DNA of 64,000 bases. Origin: Basidiobolus meristosporus CBS 931.73 (taxonomy: Eukaryota; Fungi; Basidiobolomycota). The DNA lies in the NCBI GenBank assembly GCA_002104905.1, contig MCFE01000246.1, positions 1-64,000 of the forward strand. The letters are read 5' to 3'. The notes below the pieces were generated by a model. The model searched no databases. It was given only the letters and a program-made list of their open reading frames with translations, and was not told the DNA's origin. Within the stretch, counting starts at the first letter, position 1; every line of letters begins with the position of its first letter. Shown one piece after another: positions 22,701-35,400 of the stretch. A program made the translations under genes and the position numbers.

Positions 22701-24389
22701 TTGATGGATTACAATTAAATAGCCAGGTTTTTCCAAGTACAAGGTCAAACTTGCAGTTCCCAAATATATAAGCCTGTAGGTCTTCTTCATAGTCATTGAT
22801 CTTCATTCTTACTGGCTGAGTAATACAGTTGACTATGTGAGAGTTCCCATCAGCTGTTGAGACTGAAGTTGATTTGGTAGGTTCTGAGTTGATTCCAGCT
22901 TTCAGAGCAAATTGCTCTGACATGTACTTATGCAATGCTCCTGAGTCCATCATGATCTTGGCAGGTACTCCATTGATTACTCCATTGAAGTATAATAGCT
23001 TTCCTGAGTTTGAGGTCATCTGGAATAGGTATTCTTTGGTCATGTGGAAGGTGAGTTCTGAGTCTTCTTCAAGTTCATCCTTCATGTTACTATGCTCCAT
23101 GGCCTCAATATGGTTAAAGGTTCTTGATGGCTGGTGTCCATTTCTTCTCTGAGGGCAGTACTTTGCAATATGTCCTTGCTGGTGGCAATTGAAGCAAAGT
23201 CCTTTCTTCTTAGATTCTTCCAAGGCAGGGTTCTTCTGCATAGCATCTATTTCCATTGGTACTGCTTCTGACTGTCTTCTTTCATAATGATTGTAATCTT
23301 TCTGATTAGTCACTGTAGGCTTCCCAGATCCAAACATAGCTGAGTCATAGTCAATGGCAATCTTGATGGCTTCTTCAATAGTCTGAGGTCTTCAATAATT
23401 CACTTCCTTGCAAGTTCTTTCTTTTAACCCATCAATAAAGTATTCAACTTGATCCAGGGGGTCCATTCTTTCAATTTGTCCAAGTAGACATCTGTACTCA
23501 TAGATGTATTCTTGAACCATTCCTTTCTGTCTGAGTGTCTTTAACTTCCTTCTTAGTAGTGTCTGCTGGTGTGGAGGTTCAAAAGCATCCTGAATTTCCA
23601 ACACAAACTCATCCCAGGTAGAGATTGTAGAGTATCACATCATAGTGGCTGACCTGATCTTGTTGTGGCACCACTGTAAAGCTGCATATGCCAGGTAAGA
23701 AGCTGCATAATGCAACTTGCTTTCGGGAGTAATTCCTTTAGCTTTGAAAGCTTCTTCAATCTGAAAGAGCCACGTCCCCAGGTTTTCATTGACTCTGCCA
23801 TGGTACCAGTTGACCTTCACACTAAAGTTGCTCTTGACAGCGCTTTGCTGGCTATGAGCCATGGTTGTCATTCCTTGTTTCTGTTGGCTGAGGATCTGGA
23901 GTAACTGTTGTTGCTGGGCCAGGATTTGCTGCATGGCATTCTTCCATTCTTGATTGTCCAACATCTTGAGGTGGTTTCTTCTTTCTTCAGGAGGGAGGTT
24001 TCTGGTATTTGCTGCTACCAATGTTACAAGTCTTGGTATAAGAGTTGTAGAGGAATAGGGAGTTTAGCTAGTATTGTATTCACCAAAACTTGAACTCCTT
24101 TTTATTGAGGTTCCAGCAGCTCCTTGTATACATTTTGCCAGATCAATTGCTGACTAATTGTATTTCCTAATGTAGGTTGTGGCTGATGACTCATTTGATT
24201 GCATCATCATCACCCAATGAGATCCTATTTAATATATCTGTTTCTGTCTGATAAGGATCTGCTGATTCATATGCTGACTAATGCTACTGATTTGATAGAT
24301 AATACTGATATACTGATAACCTAAACATATACTAATTGATTTGACTAAAAACTGATCCAACTTGAACATTCAAGCAGCTGATCATAACA
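19719..24389 (-). mobile_element. Second, pseudogenised Gypsy A copy; complete 5' LTR at 24022-24389, 3' LTR truncated to 19719-19820
   Basis: gag/pol pieces 23635-24021, 23392-23604, 22522-23337, 20713-22263 and 19828-20559 are highly similar to the + copy but carry stops and frameshifts. Confidence 0.95.
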
Positions 24390-25590
24390 TTAGCTACTGA
24401 ATGATACTAATTAGTCAAACAATATGTCCATGTTGAGAATGTGCACTTTATAATGCAGCATGGAAAACTATTTTGTTACATACTCAACTAATATATTATA
24501 CAATGGTATATGCATTTGCACTCAACTTAATTTAGCAAGTAAACTGTAGCTTAATGTGCATATCTAATATAAGGTATTCCCTTTAATCAGAATACTTATT
24601 ATCATCTTTCATCACCTGCGCAGGCCTGAATAATGCATCAAGTCTAATTGTCAGATTGTGATAGTGCTATATAGCCTCTGGGCTATCCAGTGCTTCTTAT
24701 TTGCACAAAATTGGCCTACTGTGCGTCAAGTTCAGGTTTAGTCAGTTACAACAAATCTGGAGTTTTCTTTTGGCAGGCAACAGTCTAATTCACTTGAGCC
24801 ACTTCACTGCTTCTCTATAATAGGATTAGTGACAGCTACCTCCTTTATATAGACTCTATATGAGCCAAAGAGATGGCCTGTATTGGATCAAGCTATGGAT
24901 TTATCATTAATGCCTGATCTGAATCATTCTTATTTTCTGCCCCATGGCACAAACAACATGCCAAAAAGCAGATTTTTGCTCAACACTGAGCTTGAATATT
25001 GGCTCCTACTTTATTAACAGTTGGCTTAAAGACCATTTGCAGCTTAATTACCAAAAATAGTATATGCTCAAGATTGTTTGATAGCCATTCTTAAAGTACC
25101 TCAAATAGTTTGCATTGCTACATCTGCTTTTGTCTTTTCATAAAATGCCTTTAGAATGAGATTGGCACTTTTCCAGATGTGAGTTAGGCCTTTAAAAGGG
25201 ATTTGATCATATGTATCCTCCTGACTGTATTTTTCCTTGAGCTTGGTCTGCAAGGTCAACTGATTCTCTTAGTGTGTTTAAAATCTTTACAAACCCTCAT
25301 GCTCATTCTTAGGCCTTTTTCTTTTGGCCTTATACACATCAGATATAGCATTGAGCATTCTGCTCCAACAAAATGTACAAGATTGGACAGATCCCATTGA
25401 AGTTTCAAGAATTTTTGTGATTTCTAGCTTGAAAGCTTTAAATAAGAGGCTCCATGGAACAGATCTGCATTGCCAGGTAGTCTTAATATGTCTAATGCAA
25501 GTAATGGCTTCATTGGGAAGAATTAAACTACAAATAGCAACACTTTCCCTTTTCCTTTTCTTTTGCTGTCTCTGCTGATGACCCAGGGAT

Positions 25591-28500
25591 TATTGAAATA
25601 TTAGAGAGATATATTGAAAGTGAATTGGAGAATTAGAAGATTTACATGATATTCACTTGTTGTTGTATTGAGTTACCACACTGTAGAATACTTTTTACAG
25701 AAGTACATAAATGTAGCTATTTGGTAACTGTTAGGGGAGTCGCAGGAGTACATGTGCCAAGTTTCAGCTCAATTGGACCAGTTTCAAATTTTCCTAAAAT
25801 TCTGTACTTCACTGATTCCCAATAATTAGCATATATCTTACAAACTAATTTCTAAGTTAATAATCTGAAATACATCACTTAACTTAGTGCTAGCTCATAA
25901 TATATTAATACTTAGGTGGATTCCTAATTATTTCAACACTCCCACTCACATAATATACTCATATACTTATGAACTTGCTGTGATGTAGTGTATCTTCTGG
26001 TTGAAATTAAACCTGCAATTAACCACTTAACCTATTGGACTAATGTATTCTCCAATATATGTTAAGGGTTGCATATAATCTGAAATAACTGAGTATAAGT
26101 CCATACTGTTAACTACATACTTCAGATCAAATTGCTTTGAGTCTGAGCTCTGATCTCATCAAAAATATTTATGAATGAATATCATCTATTTGATTGGAGT
26201 AAAACTTTTCAGATACTGCTCAAATCCCAGCATAATCTGTATCATTGGATCACTGTGTTTTTAGGCTATCTGCTGTTTCTTATTTGAGCAAAAATTGGTC
26301 AATAATTGGCAAAGTTAGGGTGTGGTCTTGTCTCCAGTAGATCTGGATCATCCACAGTTCTGGTATATAGTCTAATTCACTTAGACTATCCTCCATATAT
26401 CCAAAACTGGATCTGGAAAATAACTTCCCTCATATACTCCATATATGATCTGCTGAGACCAACAATTGGTCAGCATTGTAGTTGCCTCATTCTTCACTGG
26501 TTGACCAAGTATTTCCTCTTCCAGACTAGCGCTTTCAATGGTATCTAGCCTAGCTTTTCTTCCTTCCTGGTCTGGGATATTTTACTCCCACTAAAGCTAC
26601 ATCTTCTGGTGCTTCCTGCCTTCCAAAACTGACTGAGATAGATCTTATATATCCTTCTGATCTAGGCATAACTTTCTTAGACTGATATCACTGTTAAGGT
26701 ATTTGGATCTTCCCTTTGCATCTTGATAGGCTTGATTTGGTAACCCAAAAATGCCACAGCCTGATTGGCAGCTATTCATAGAGGACTCATCCATGACTGG
26801 ATAGATATGGTCTCATATGTACTATTGCGCTTGAACAGTACAACCTTATCTGGCACTTTCCAATTATGTAAATCTATGATAACAGCTCTGATAAGCCACT
26901 GTTACTACTGATAGAACTTTCCAGCATAGAGCTCAGTTGACAGTGCAAATAGACAAGTCCATGATCTTCTGGACCCATTATATCCCTCAGGTTGGCCCTT
27001 GGAACCACTTCTCTAGCTCCCACTGCAAGTAAGTTGACTTCATTGTTCACCGTAATTGCAATGTTGCCTCTGAGTATGTATGTTCTCTTGGACTGTTCTG
27101 CTGCCTTCCTAAGCAACAATACTCCATTATCCTTGTGTGGTAGGATTACTTAATCATATCTAGTGTGCTAGATAGTCCAAATCTGGCTAGGTATCACCTA
27201 ACTCCATTTAGAAACTGGCAACTTATTGGTGGCAGGTTTTTGTTCCATATCTGGTCTTGAAGATGCCAGTTGCTGGATTTTCCTTTTTGATCTAGATCTG
27301 GAGCATATAGGTAGCATATCCATGGCTTGTTAGATCTCCCAGAGTGCTCAGGAATATCCTGTCTTCAAAACATATCTATTCTGAAATGTTTCAACCAAAT
27401 TGGTCATCCATTTAGATCTGGTATAACCTTTCACAGGCCTGATTAGATTTGATCAAATAAATTTCCTTAAAAAGCCATTTCTTTCAGCATCTTGGTAGCA
27501 TATATCATCATTGCAGCTAGACCTGTAGCTGGGAGCTGCAAGTAACTTGATCTGATCATAATAACAAGATTAACATCAGATCCATGTTAATATATATGAT
27601 CCTTCATCACTGTATGTATGTGATATATGTACTAGTGTAGGGCACCTAATACACTCCTTGATAGTATTTCATGCATAGTTTATAGTGTATATAGAGACTA
27701 TATGCATATACTTTGGTCAAGGTCTCTGGTAGCACTTTTCTTGATGGCAGTAGAAATTCCATGTTTCAACACCTATGGGTATATCTCCTCCCACTGTTTC
27801 TAATACTTAATGTTAACTTGTAGCTTGTCTAACAAGTGTCTCATAGAGCTTCAGGATCATTGGCACTGGAAATAGTACCACTGATATACCATGTGTACCA
27901 CTCCTAAGTTAGCATGTCTGAGATCACTGATCTTCAGCCAAATATATAGGTATTATATATCTTTTTGATCCTCAGAATTTGGGCAAGTTGATCCATATAT
28001 CCATCTGCATATCCAACTCCAAACTAGGGTGCAGGCAGCATCAATGTGTTTGCACATCATTTCATTTCAAATGACTACAGACTTATGTAAATTCACTGCA
28101 GCAATGTGGGCACTTCATTGACTGAAATTGTCAAATCAAAACCCAGGTATATGTGGATGTTCAGCATAAATCCATTATGTGGTAATATTAAGAATCATAG
28201 CATTAATATATATATCATGTAAAATGCCCCTTACTGTTCAGGACTTCTTGCTGGGATTACGCATTTTCTCAAAGCTTCATCCTTCTGCATATTCCATAAT
28301 TTGAAATTTGTCCAGCATGATCTCCTTGACATATGACCTTTTTCTTTGCTTAGTGTCTTCTCTAAGTGCAAAGGCCTCTCTCTCCATAACAATATATCCC
28401 ATCTAGCAGTTCTTTGCAGCAGCAGTACATTTCTGTCTTCTGTAACTTCAGGTAGACCAGGCAGTCTTTCTCCAGAACAAAGACACAGCACTAGAGCAAA

Positions 28501-29261
28501 GTAGACAACCAAGATAAAGCAAGCTTGGGGCCCAAAACCTGTTGAAATATTAGAGAGATATATTGGAACTGAATTGGAGAATTAGTGTTATAAGTCTGGG
28601 TATAAGAGTTGTAGAGGAATAGGGAGTTTAGCTAGTATTGTATTCACTAAAACTTGAACTGATTTTTATTGAGGTTCCAGCAGCTCCTTATATACATTTT
28701 GCCAGATCAATTGCTGACTAATTGTATTTCCTAATGTAGGTTGTGGCTGATGACTCTTTTGATTGCATCATCATCACCCAATTAGATCCTACTTAATACA
28801 ACTATTTCTGTTTGATAAGGATCTGCTAATTCATCTGCTGATTAATACTACTGATTTGATAGATAACACTGATGCACTGATAGGCTAAACATAAAACTAA
28901 CTGACTTAACTAAAAACTGATCTAACTTAAACATTCAAGCGGTAGATCATAACATTAGAAGATTTACATGATATTCACTTGTTGTTTTGTTAAGTTACAA
29001 CATAGTATATATACTTATTGCAGAAATATATAAATGTAACTATTTGGTAACTGTTAGGGGAGTCTCAGGAGTACATATGCCAAGTTTCAGCTCATTTGGA
29101 CAAGTTTCAAATTTTCCTAAAATTCTGTACTTCTCTGATTTCCAATAATTAGCGTATATCTTACAAACTAATTTCTAAGTTAATAATCTGAAATACATCA
29201 CTTAACTTAGTGCTAGTTCATAATATATTAATAATTGGGTGGACTCCTAATCATATTAACA
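25591..29261 (-). mobile_element. Internally deleted, degenerate Copia family C element with 5-bp TSD GGGAT
   Basis: LTRs at 25591-25938 and 28540-29261 (interrupted); GGGAT at 25586-25590 and 29262-29266; PPT GAGTGGGAG; PBS-like GGTTTTGGGCCCC; RT/RNase H remnants (FLGYQI) at 26100-26800. Confidence 0.8.
28586..28954 (-). mobile_element. Solo LTR of Gypsy A with 4-bp TSD TTAG, inside the Copia C 5' LTR
   Basis: TTAG at 28582-28585 and 28955-28958; the uninterrupted Copia C LTR (25630-25645) has a single TTAG. Confidence 0.9.
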
Positions 29262-30402
29262 GGGATAACTTCTTTTTGGAGAGTTCTGGACTTCTGTGCA
29301 GGTAGGGGGATGGTGTGTTTGAGTGCAAGAATCTCCATAACAGCATTGGTTCAAAATTTTTGACTATAGCAAGTGGTATATCAAAGTTGGCATCCACTTA
29401 TATTAATCCTTACTTTTGAGATAGTTGACCTATATGATCAATTGAGCTGAAAGCAAATCTCCTCAGTACATTGGTACCAGACCTCAATACATCAGTACTT
29501 TGAGTTGTAGAGCTTGGCAGTGACTTGATCAATCACAATTCTTCAGATTTGCTCCAGAGAAGTTAAAATTGGAAAGTACTTTCTCCTGCTGTATTAAGTG
29601 AAATATGCATACAACAAGCATAAAGTACTATGCTATCTTCTGAGTAAGTGTTGATTATATACTTGCTAACTCTAGCATTGTTGGATACTTCAATTAGGCT
29701 TATAATCATTGGCATCATTTGTCTTGGCTAGTTGTAAGACTTCTTTGCGTTGATTTTGCTAAATTGGTAAAATACTCTTTCCTGCTGTTTTAATATTTGA
29801 AGAGAATGATCTCATATCTGACAGCTTCAGTTCTAGCTCCTAGTGCATTGGTTTCAGTATCAAAATACTCAATATAGCTATAGTATTCTTCCAATGGACT
29901 GTGTAGTACATGTTCATGCTCTGGATGGATATACATGTATTGTTTATTAGCAGGATCCTTGTAGCTAAGGGGGTTTGTTTCTGAGATCTATTTCAGCTTA
30001 TAGATAACTCAGAATGGTGGTAACAGCTCAAATTTTTATATAATCAGTCATATTCTGAGCAGCAACAAATTTTGGTATTATCTCTTTTGCCAATTGGCCA
30101 GTATTGCTTTTTTTTGCAACTCAGACTTACATCTTATCCTAAAGCTTGTCTAACAGTCACTTGGGGTCATATGAATACATATATCAATATATTCCATTGT
30201 AAATGTATTATGGCTAGAGAAGTGGTATATTTCCACTAATATTTGTAATGGGGGCTTTGAGGATTACTACTACATCTTGCCAAAATCATTACCAGATTCA
30301 ACTAATTATGTTTATAGTACAAATGAGCAACCATCATGCAACTGGCAACATATGACCCAGAGACCATCCTGAGACCAGCATGTGTTAACAGTTGCAGGGC
30401 AT

Positions 30403-31145
30403 TTGGTCATAATTGGATGCATTCTATTACCACAATATCTCAAATATAATATTGCACTTATTTCTCTATGTTATCTTTTGCAGTTGTAAGACACAAATGA
30501 AAGATCAACAGTTTCCAACTTTTAAGAGCCAATGCACAAAGTACTGACAAGTAATCCACCCAAGAGTTTTTTGTCATGTTGAAGACTCAGTAGCCAAGAC
30601 ATGTGGGAAATTGTAGCAAATTTGAAATAGTGTTTAAGGGATTATGGTGAAAAGTGTCCATTAACGATATATATTAGGCCTCTATTGCTAGGACTGGTAT
30701 GGTGACTCTCATTGTGTTTACCTTTCAGACATGCCCATCATATTACATCCAATTTCCCAGGTGCTGCACCTATGTCCAATCTGCGCCACTGCAAAATTTT
30801 AGCCTTGTATCATGTGTATTGCTTGCGCAATTGTCCAAAAACTTTGATCCTTCAGAATTTTCATATATATGACTTCCCCAGCTAAAAAATAAAGAGGGAG
30901 CCTCTCTTTCCAGAATTTCCACACTACTATTACAAGTTTCAGGGTTATAAGACTTCCCCTGCATCACTTGCACTGTTGAGAATTCTGACTTTGACTAGCA
31001 CCACATCAGTAAAGAGAATGCAAAGCACACAAGAATCCAATCTAAGTTCTACAAGAAAACTACCACTTTTCTGTCTGAAAAGTCTCCTCTCAGAAACCCC
31101 TTTACTCTAAAGACACCCCTTTAGTCTAAAGACCCCTTTAGAGAT
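30403..31145 (+). mobile_element. Degenerate 5' two-thirds of a Gypsy B LTR, preceded by a short CACTA transposase fragment (~30310-30400)
   Basis: Aligns with 38757-39495. Confidence 0.7.
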
Positions 31146-31660
31146 CCCTTTAAGAAACCAAAAAAGTCATGGAACAAGAGAGTTACAGCAGAAATACTTA
31201 CTGAGTGGTGGATCTTAATGGAGTTACTTGTTGATTGTGGGGTTGGGCTTAATGTTAGTGCATGGTAGAGGGACTTGTATAGGTCAATAAAATTGGCAAC
31301 AGAGGTACAACTGAAGTTTTGATGGAAATAAATCAATTTGTACTCATGAGAAGTAAGTGAAATAGTTGAGTCAGGAAGTAAGGAGTGTGAAACATGGCAA
31401 TACCCAATTAATGCACACAATTGAAGGAGGTGATAGAGTGTCTGGGATCAGAAAGTGAGTAAACTGGCAGGGAATCAATCAGAGCCACTTATATATTGTT
31501 GTGATGCAAAATTTTGACCAAATTTTTTGCAAAATCTGAGGTGCAATTATTTTTCAACAGTGCCTTGGACAGTGTCATGACAGGATCAGTACCTCTTAGT
31601 TATGGGACTTTAACTTTGCAACTGCCTTTGGAGAGGATCATTACAACAATTTTTCATAGG
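31146..31660 (+). mobile_element. Inverted fragment of the CACTA-like left end (TIR-like ...AATTTTTCATAGG at 31660)
   Basis: Reverse complement aligns with about 1158-1660. Confidence 0.6.
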
Positions 31661-32085
31661 CGGTATTTCTCTGGGCTTTATCTTTGAACACAATTGTGCT
31701 TCTTAGACTGCATTGTGTTCCTGTACTATTACACTGGGAAATGGCTCAATGCTTGGCTGTGACCTGAGATGCTTGAGCTATTTTTCCTTATACCTTTTCC
31801 TTTATCACTGCCAGGTCTTTCACTGCTACTTTGCCTGAATGCTTCTTGTAAAGAACCATGTTTTCTCCTGGAAAAATTCTGCTCTGACACATCTATTTTG
31901 GCCTGCTTGTCCCTTGCTGGCACTCTTCTGGCAACCTGATGTCTCTTTTCTGCTTGTTTTGAGCTCTCAACTGTAGTTGTGAAGGGCTTCTGTAAAATCA
32001 GCCGTTTTTTATCACTGACAGGTCCTTCACTGCTGCTTTGACTGGGTGCTTCTTGAGTGGTACTACACTTTTTCCTTGATACATG

Positions 32086-32910
32086 TTATGCTGGTGCATC
32101 CGTGTCTGCCTGCATCTCCCTAATTGGCAATCTTCCAGCTACTTGATGTCTCTTTGATGCTTGTCTGGAGCTTTTGGCCCTGCTTGTAACAGGATCTTGA
32201 GGAAGCCACTGGTTTTTAGCCATGGCACCCTTGTTTTTCTGCCTTTGATAATTTCTGCTGTTCTCAAGATGCTTCCTTAGCATACCAATGCTTGCCCAAA
32301 ATCTATTTGCCCATTTGAATTCAGGATAATGCTTATGTAACAAGTCAAGTGCATTCTGCTTGGCCTTGAGTTCCTGATGGTCCCATGGTATGCTGGCCTT
32401 AAGGTGATGGCATGCTAGACTTCTGACTGTCTCTTGTATATTAGACCACTCTGCATTATTGCACTCAATGGCTTCATGGATCTTCAATATCTTTTGATTT
32501 TTAGGCTTTAGTATTAGCACCACATTGTTTCCATCCCACTCTGTGATAGGTTTTTCTGTGAGCTTTATCTTTGGGCACTGTTGTTGTGCTTCAAAGGCTG
32601 AATGGTGCTCCTCTGCTGTTACATCAGGAAATGACTCAAATCTTGACTGTGACATTGAGCTACTTGAGTTCCTTCTTTGCAGCAAAGAGACCACTTTCTC
32701 TACATTGGATATTAATTGCTCAACATGTATTTTCTGCTCATCTTGTTTCTGGACTATTTCCGGATTTCTCTGGGCCATTGCATTTATCCTATCAGCCACT
32801 GCACCTAATTGCTTCATTAATGCTTTGGTATCAGCTGACAATATACTTGCTAATATGGGTGGTGGTGATGTTATCATGGCCACTTGCTGATCTTCAACTG
32901 AGGGTACCAA
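32086..32910 (-). pseudogene. CACTA-like accessory protein (coiled coil plus helical W...W domain), longest open segment of copy A
   Basis: 274-aa ORF homologous to 52402-53397. Confidence 0.6.
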
Positions 32911-34180
32911 TTTGCTACACTCTCATCTGCCTGAGCATAACAGTCAGCTTGTGACTCTGCAGAGGCTCTCAATTGCCTACTTGACTGAGAGCCTAAGGAG
33001 TCCGCATTATTATCTTCAATGGGCATACTCTCTGCAGGGCCTTTTTTGGATGTAGCCCCAATTGTTGCACTGAATGTCAAAGCAAGCTGTTGTCCAACTG
33101 TTCTTTGGTTTCCATCAGCGGTGGGGTTTGGTTGAGAACCAGACAACTTTGCTTTATTTTTTGGTGACATATATATGGAAGTGAGTCAAACCAAAGGGGA
33201 AATAGTGTTACATATAGGTGTGTATGTGGTGCCACAACTTTATTTATAATGCTTTCTATGGCAGGTCATCATTGAATCTTATATTCATGTAGGTGCAATT
33301 TCTCAAATACAAGACTGTCTTGAGTTCACATGAGTATTGACCAAAAAGTGATAAAATAGCCTTAATTTGTCAATTGTCAAACTGTTTGCCCCATGAACAA
33401 GACTACTTTGACTCAATGCTGTAAGAGAAGAGAAAAAAGACCATGAGGCTATTGTGGCAAGCCTCTCAGCCATGAAGCATGCAGACAGCATTGGAGGTAT
33501 TACAAGGATCATGGTCAGTGTTTTGCCACCAAAGTCATACTTAACCATTCATTGGTAATATTATACCAATGTTATCTTGCCAGCCAGTTGATACTTTGGT
33601 ATTGGCACCTAGCTGTCTTTGTCACCTTGTACAAACTGAGTCATATCAGTTTGTGATGCCTTTAGGCTCACCTCAGCCTTCTGATTATGGCATGCAGAGT
33701 GATAGCTCTGACAAAGAAGGTTTACTGATGGATTTTGAGCCTATCTCCCCTAACAACAGTACTACGTATTAGCCCTGTCAAATCCCTATATGCAATGAGA
33801 CAACAACTGTTGAAACAAATTCCAAGGATACTCTATGGAGCCAAGTGAGCCCAGTAATCCATCCACTGGGGAATGATGCAATGTTGTGGCTAGAGAAGTG
33901 GCACATTTCTATCAATATCAGTAATGGGTGCTTTAAGGATTTATTACTCATTATTGCCAAATCATACTGGAATGCAACTTACCATGTACATGGTACAAGT
34001 GGACAGCTGTCATGTGGCTAGCACAGATACGATCCAGAGACTGTCCTGATTCCAGCATGTGTCAAATGTTGCAAGGCATTCACATCCAAAAATGATACCA
34101 TTGCAATGTGTCCAAATTGTCAAGAATCCACCATCATTGAGGCAAAATATTGTTCACACTGCAGATATATTTTGGTCATA

Positions 34181-35400
34181 TGTCGTGTTGTATTATTATT
34201 AGTTTGGGGCTTGTTCTACAATGTAGAGGCCAATCAACAATATACAACAACTTCCGGTATGCTAATACTGAAATAGTTTATTGGGAGTTTGATATACCAA
34301 TAGAAGATATAACTTTCACTAATTTCCTCAATCTTAGGCGTCAAAATATACTGTAGGCAGTGTTTATCACTTCTACAGCAGTATTCTGACCTTCTGTCAA
34401 CTAATGTGCGTATTTACTTTGATAGTAACACTTTCCTTATTTGGAAGTCACTTTCATTTCTGAGAAAATATTTCCGAATATGAAAATTCTGAGCTCCCTT
34501 TTAACCTAAAGAGGTGTGTTGTAGAAGTCTCTAAAGGGGTCTTTAGACTGAAGAGGTGTCTAAAGGGGTGTCTTTAGAGTAAAGGGGCTTCTTGTAGTGG
34601 TCTCCAAAGTGGACTTTACACTAAAGGGGTGCATAAAGGGGCTTCTTTTGAGTAAAGGGGTCTCTAAAGGGGTCTTTAGACTAAAGGGGTGTCTTTAGAG
34701 TAAAGGGGCTTCTGAGAGGGGACTTTTCTGACAGATAAGTGGCAGTTTCTTGTAGAACTTAGATTGGATTCTTGTGAACTTTGCAGTCTCTTTACGGATG
34801 TAATACTGATCAAAGTCAGAATACTCAACAGTGCAAGTGATGCAGGGGAAGTCTTATAACCACTAAACTTGTAATTGTAGTGTGGAGATTCTGGAAAGAG
34901 AGGCTCCCTCTTTATTTTTCAGCTGGGGAAGTCATATACATGAAAATTCTGAAGGATCAGAAGATTTTGAATGATTGCGCAAGCAATACATGTGATACAA
35001 AGCTAAAATCTCACAGTGGCACAGATCATACATAGGTGCAGCACCTGTGAAAATTTCACGTGATTTGATTGGCTGATCTAAAAGTTACACGTGATCAAAG
35101 TCACCATAGTAATCCTAGCAATAAGGCATAGTATGTATAATAATTGGACTCTTTTGGTCGTAACTCCTCAAGTACTGCTTCAAATGAGCTGTAACTTGAA
35201 ACATGTGTTGGCTACTACGTCTTCTGTATGACATAATATTTCTGGGTGGATTGCCGGTCAGGGTTTGGAGCATTTGTCCTTCAAAGTTGGAAATTCTTGA
35301 TCTTTCACTTGTGTGTTACAATAGCAAAAAGCAAAATAAAGAAATGAGTGCAATATTGGTTTAGAGATATTGTAGTAATGGAATACTTTCCATTACCACA
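34181..35400 (-). mobile_element. Solo LTR of Gypsy B (1220 bp, expanded AAAGGGG repeat region)
   Basis: Reverse complement of 38757-39841; TG...CA ends; flanks CATA/GATA (imperfect 4-bp TSD). Confidence 0.85.

Noticed and set aside
28040-28075. SWIM finger of a Mutator transposase (CKHI on the minus strand)
   Set aside because: The upstream CxC is missing in frame, and the site lies inside the TSD-bounded Copia C element.
28527-28539. Animal-type iMet PBS (GGGCCC) as evidence of horizontal transfer from an animal
   Set aside because: A single transition in a degenerate copy, and compatible with G:U pairing to a fungal tRNA.
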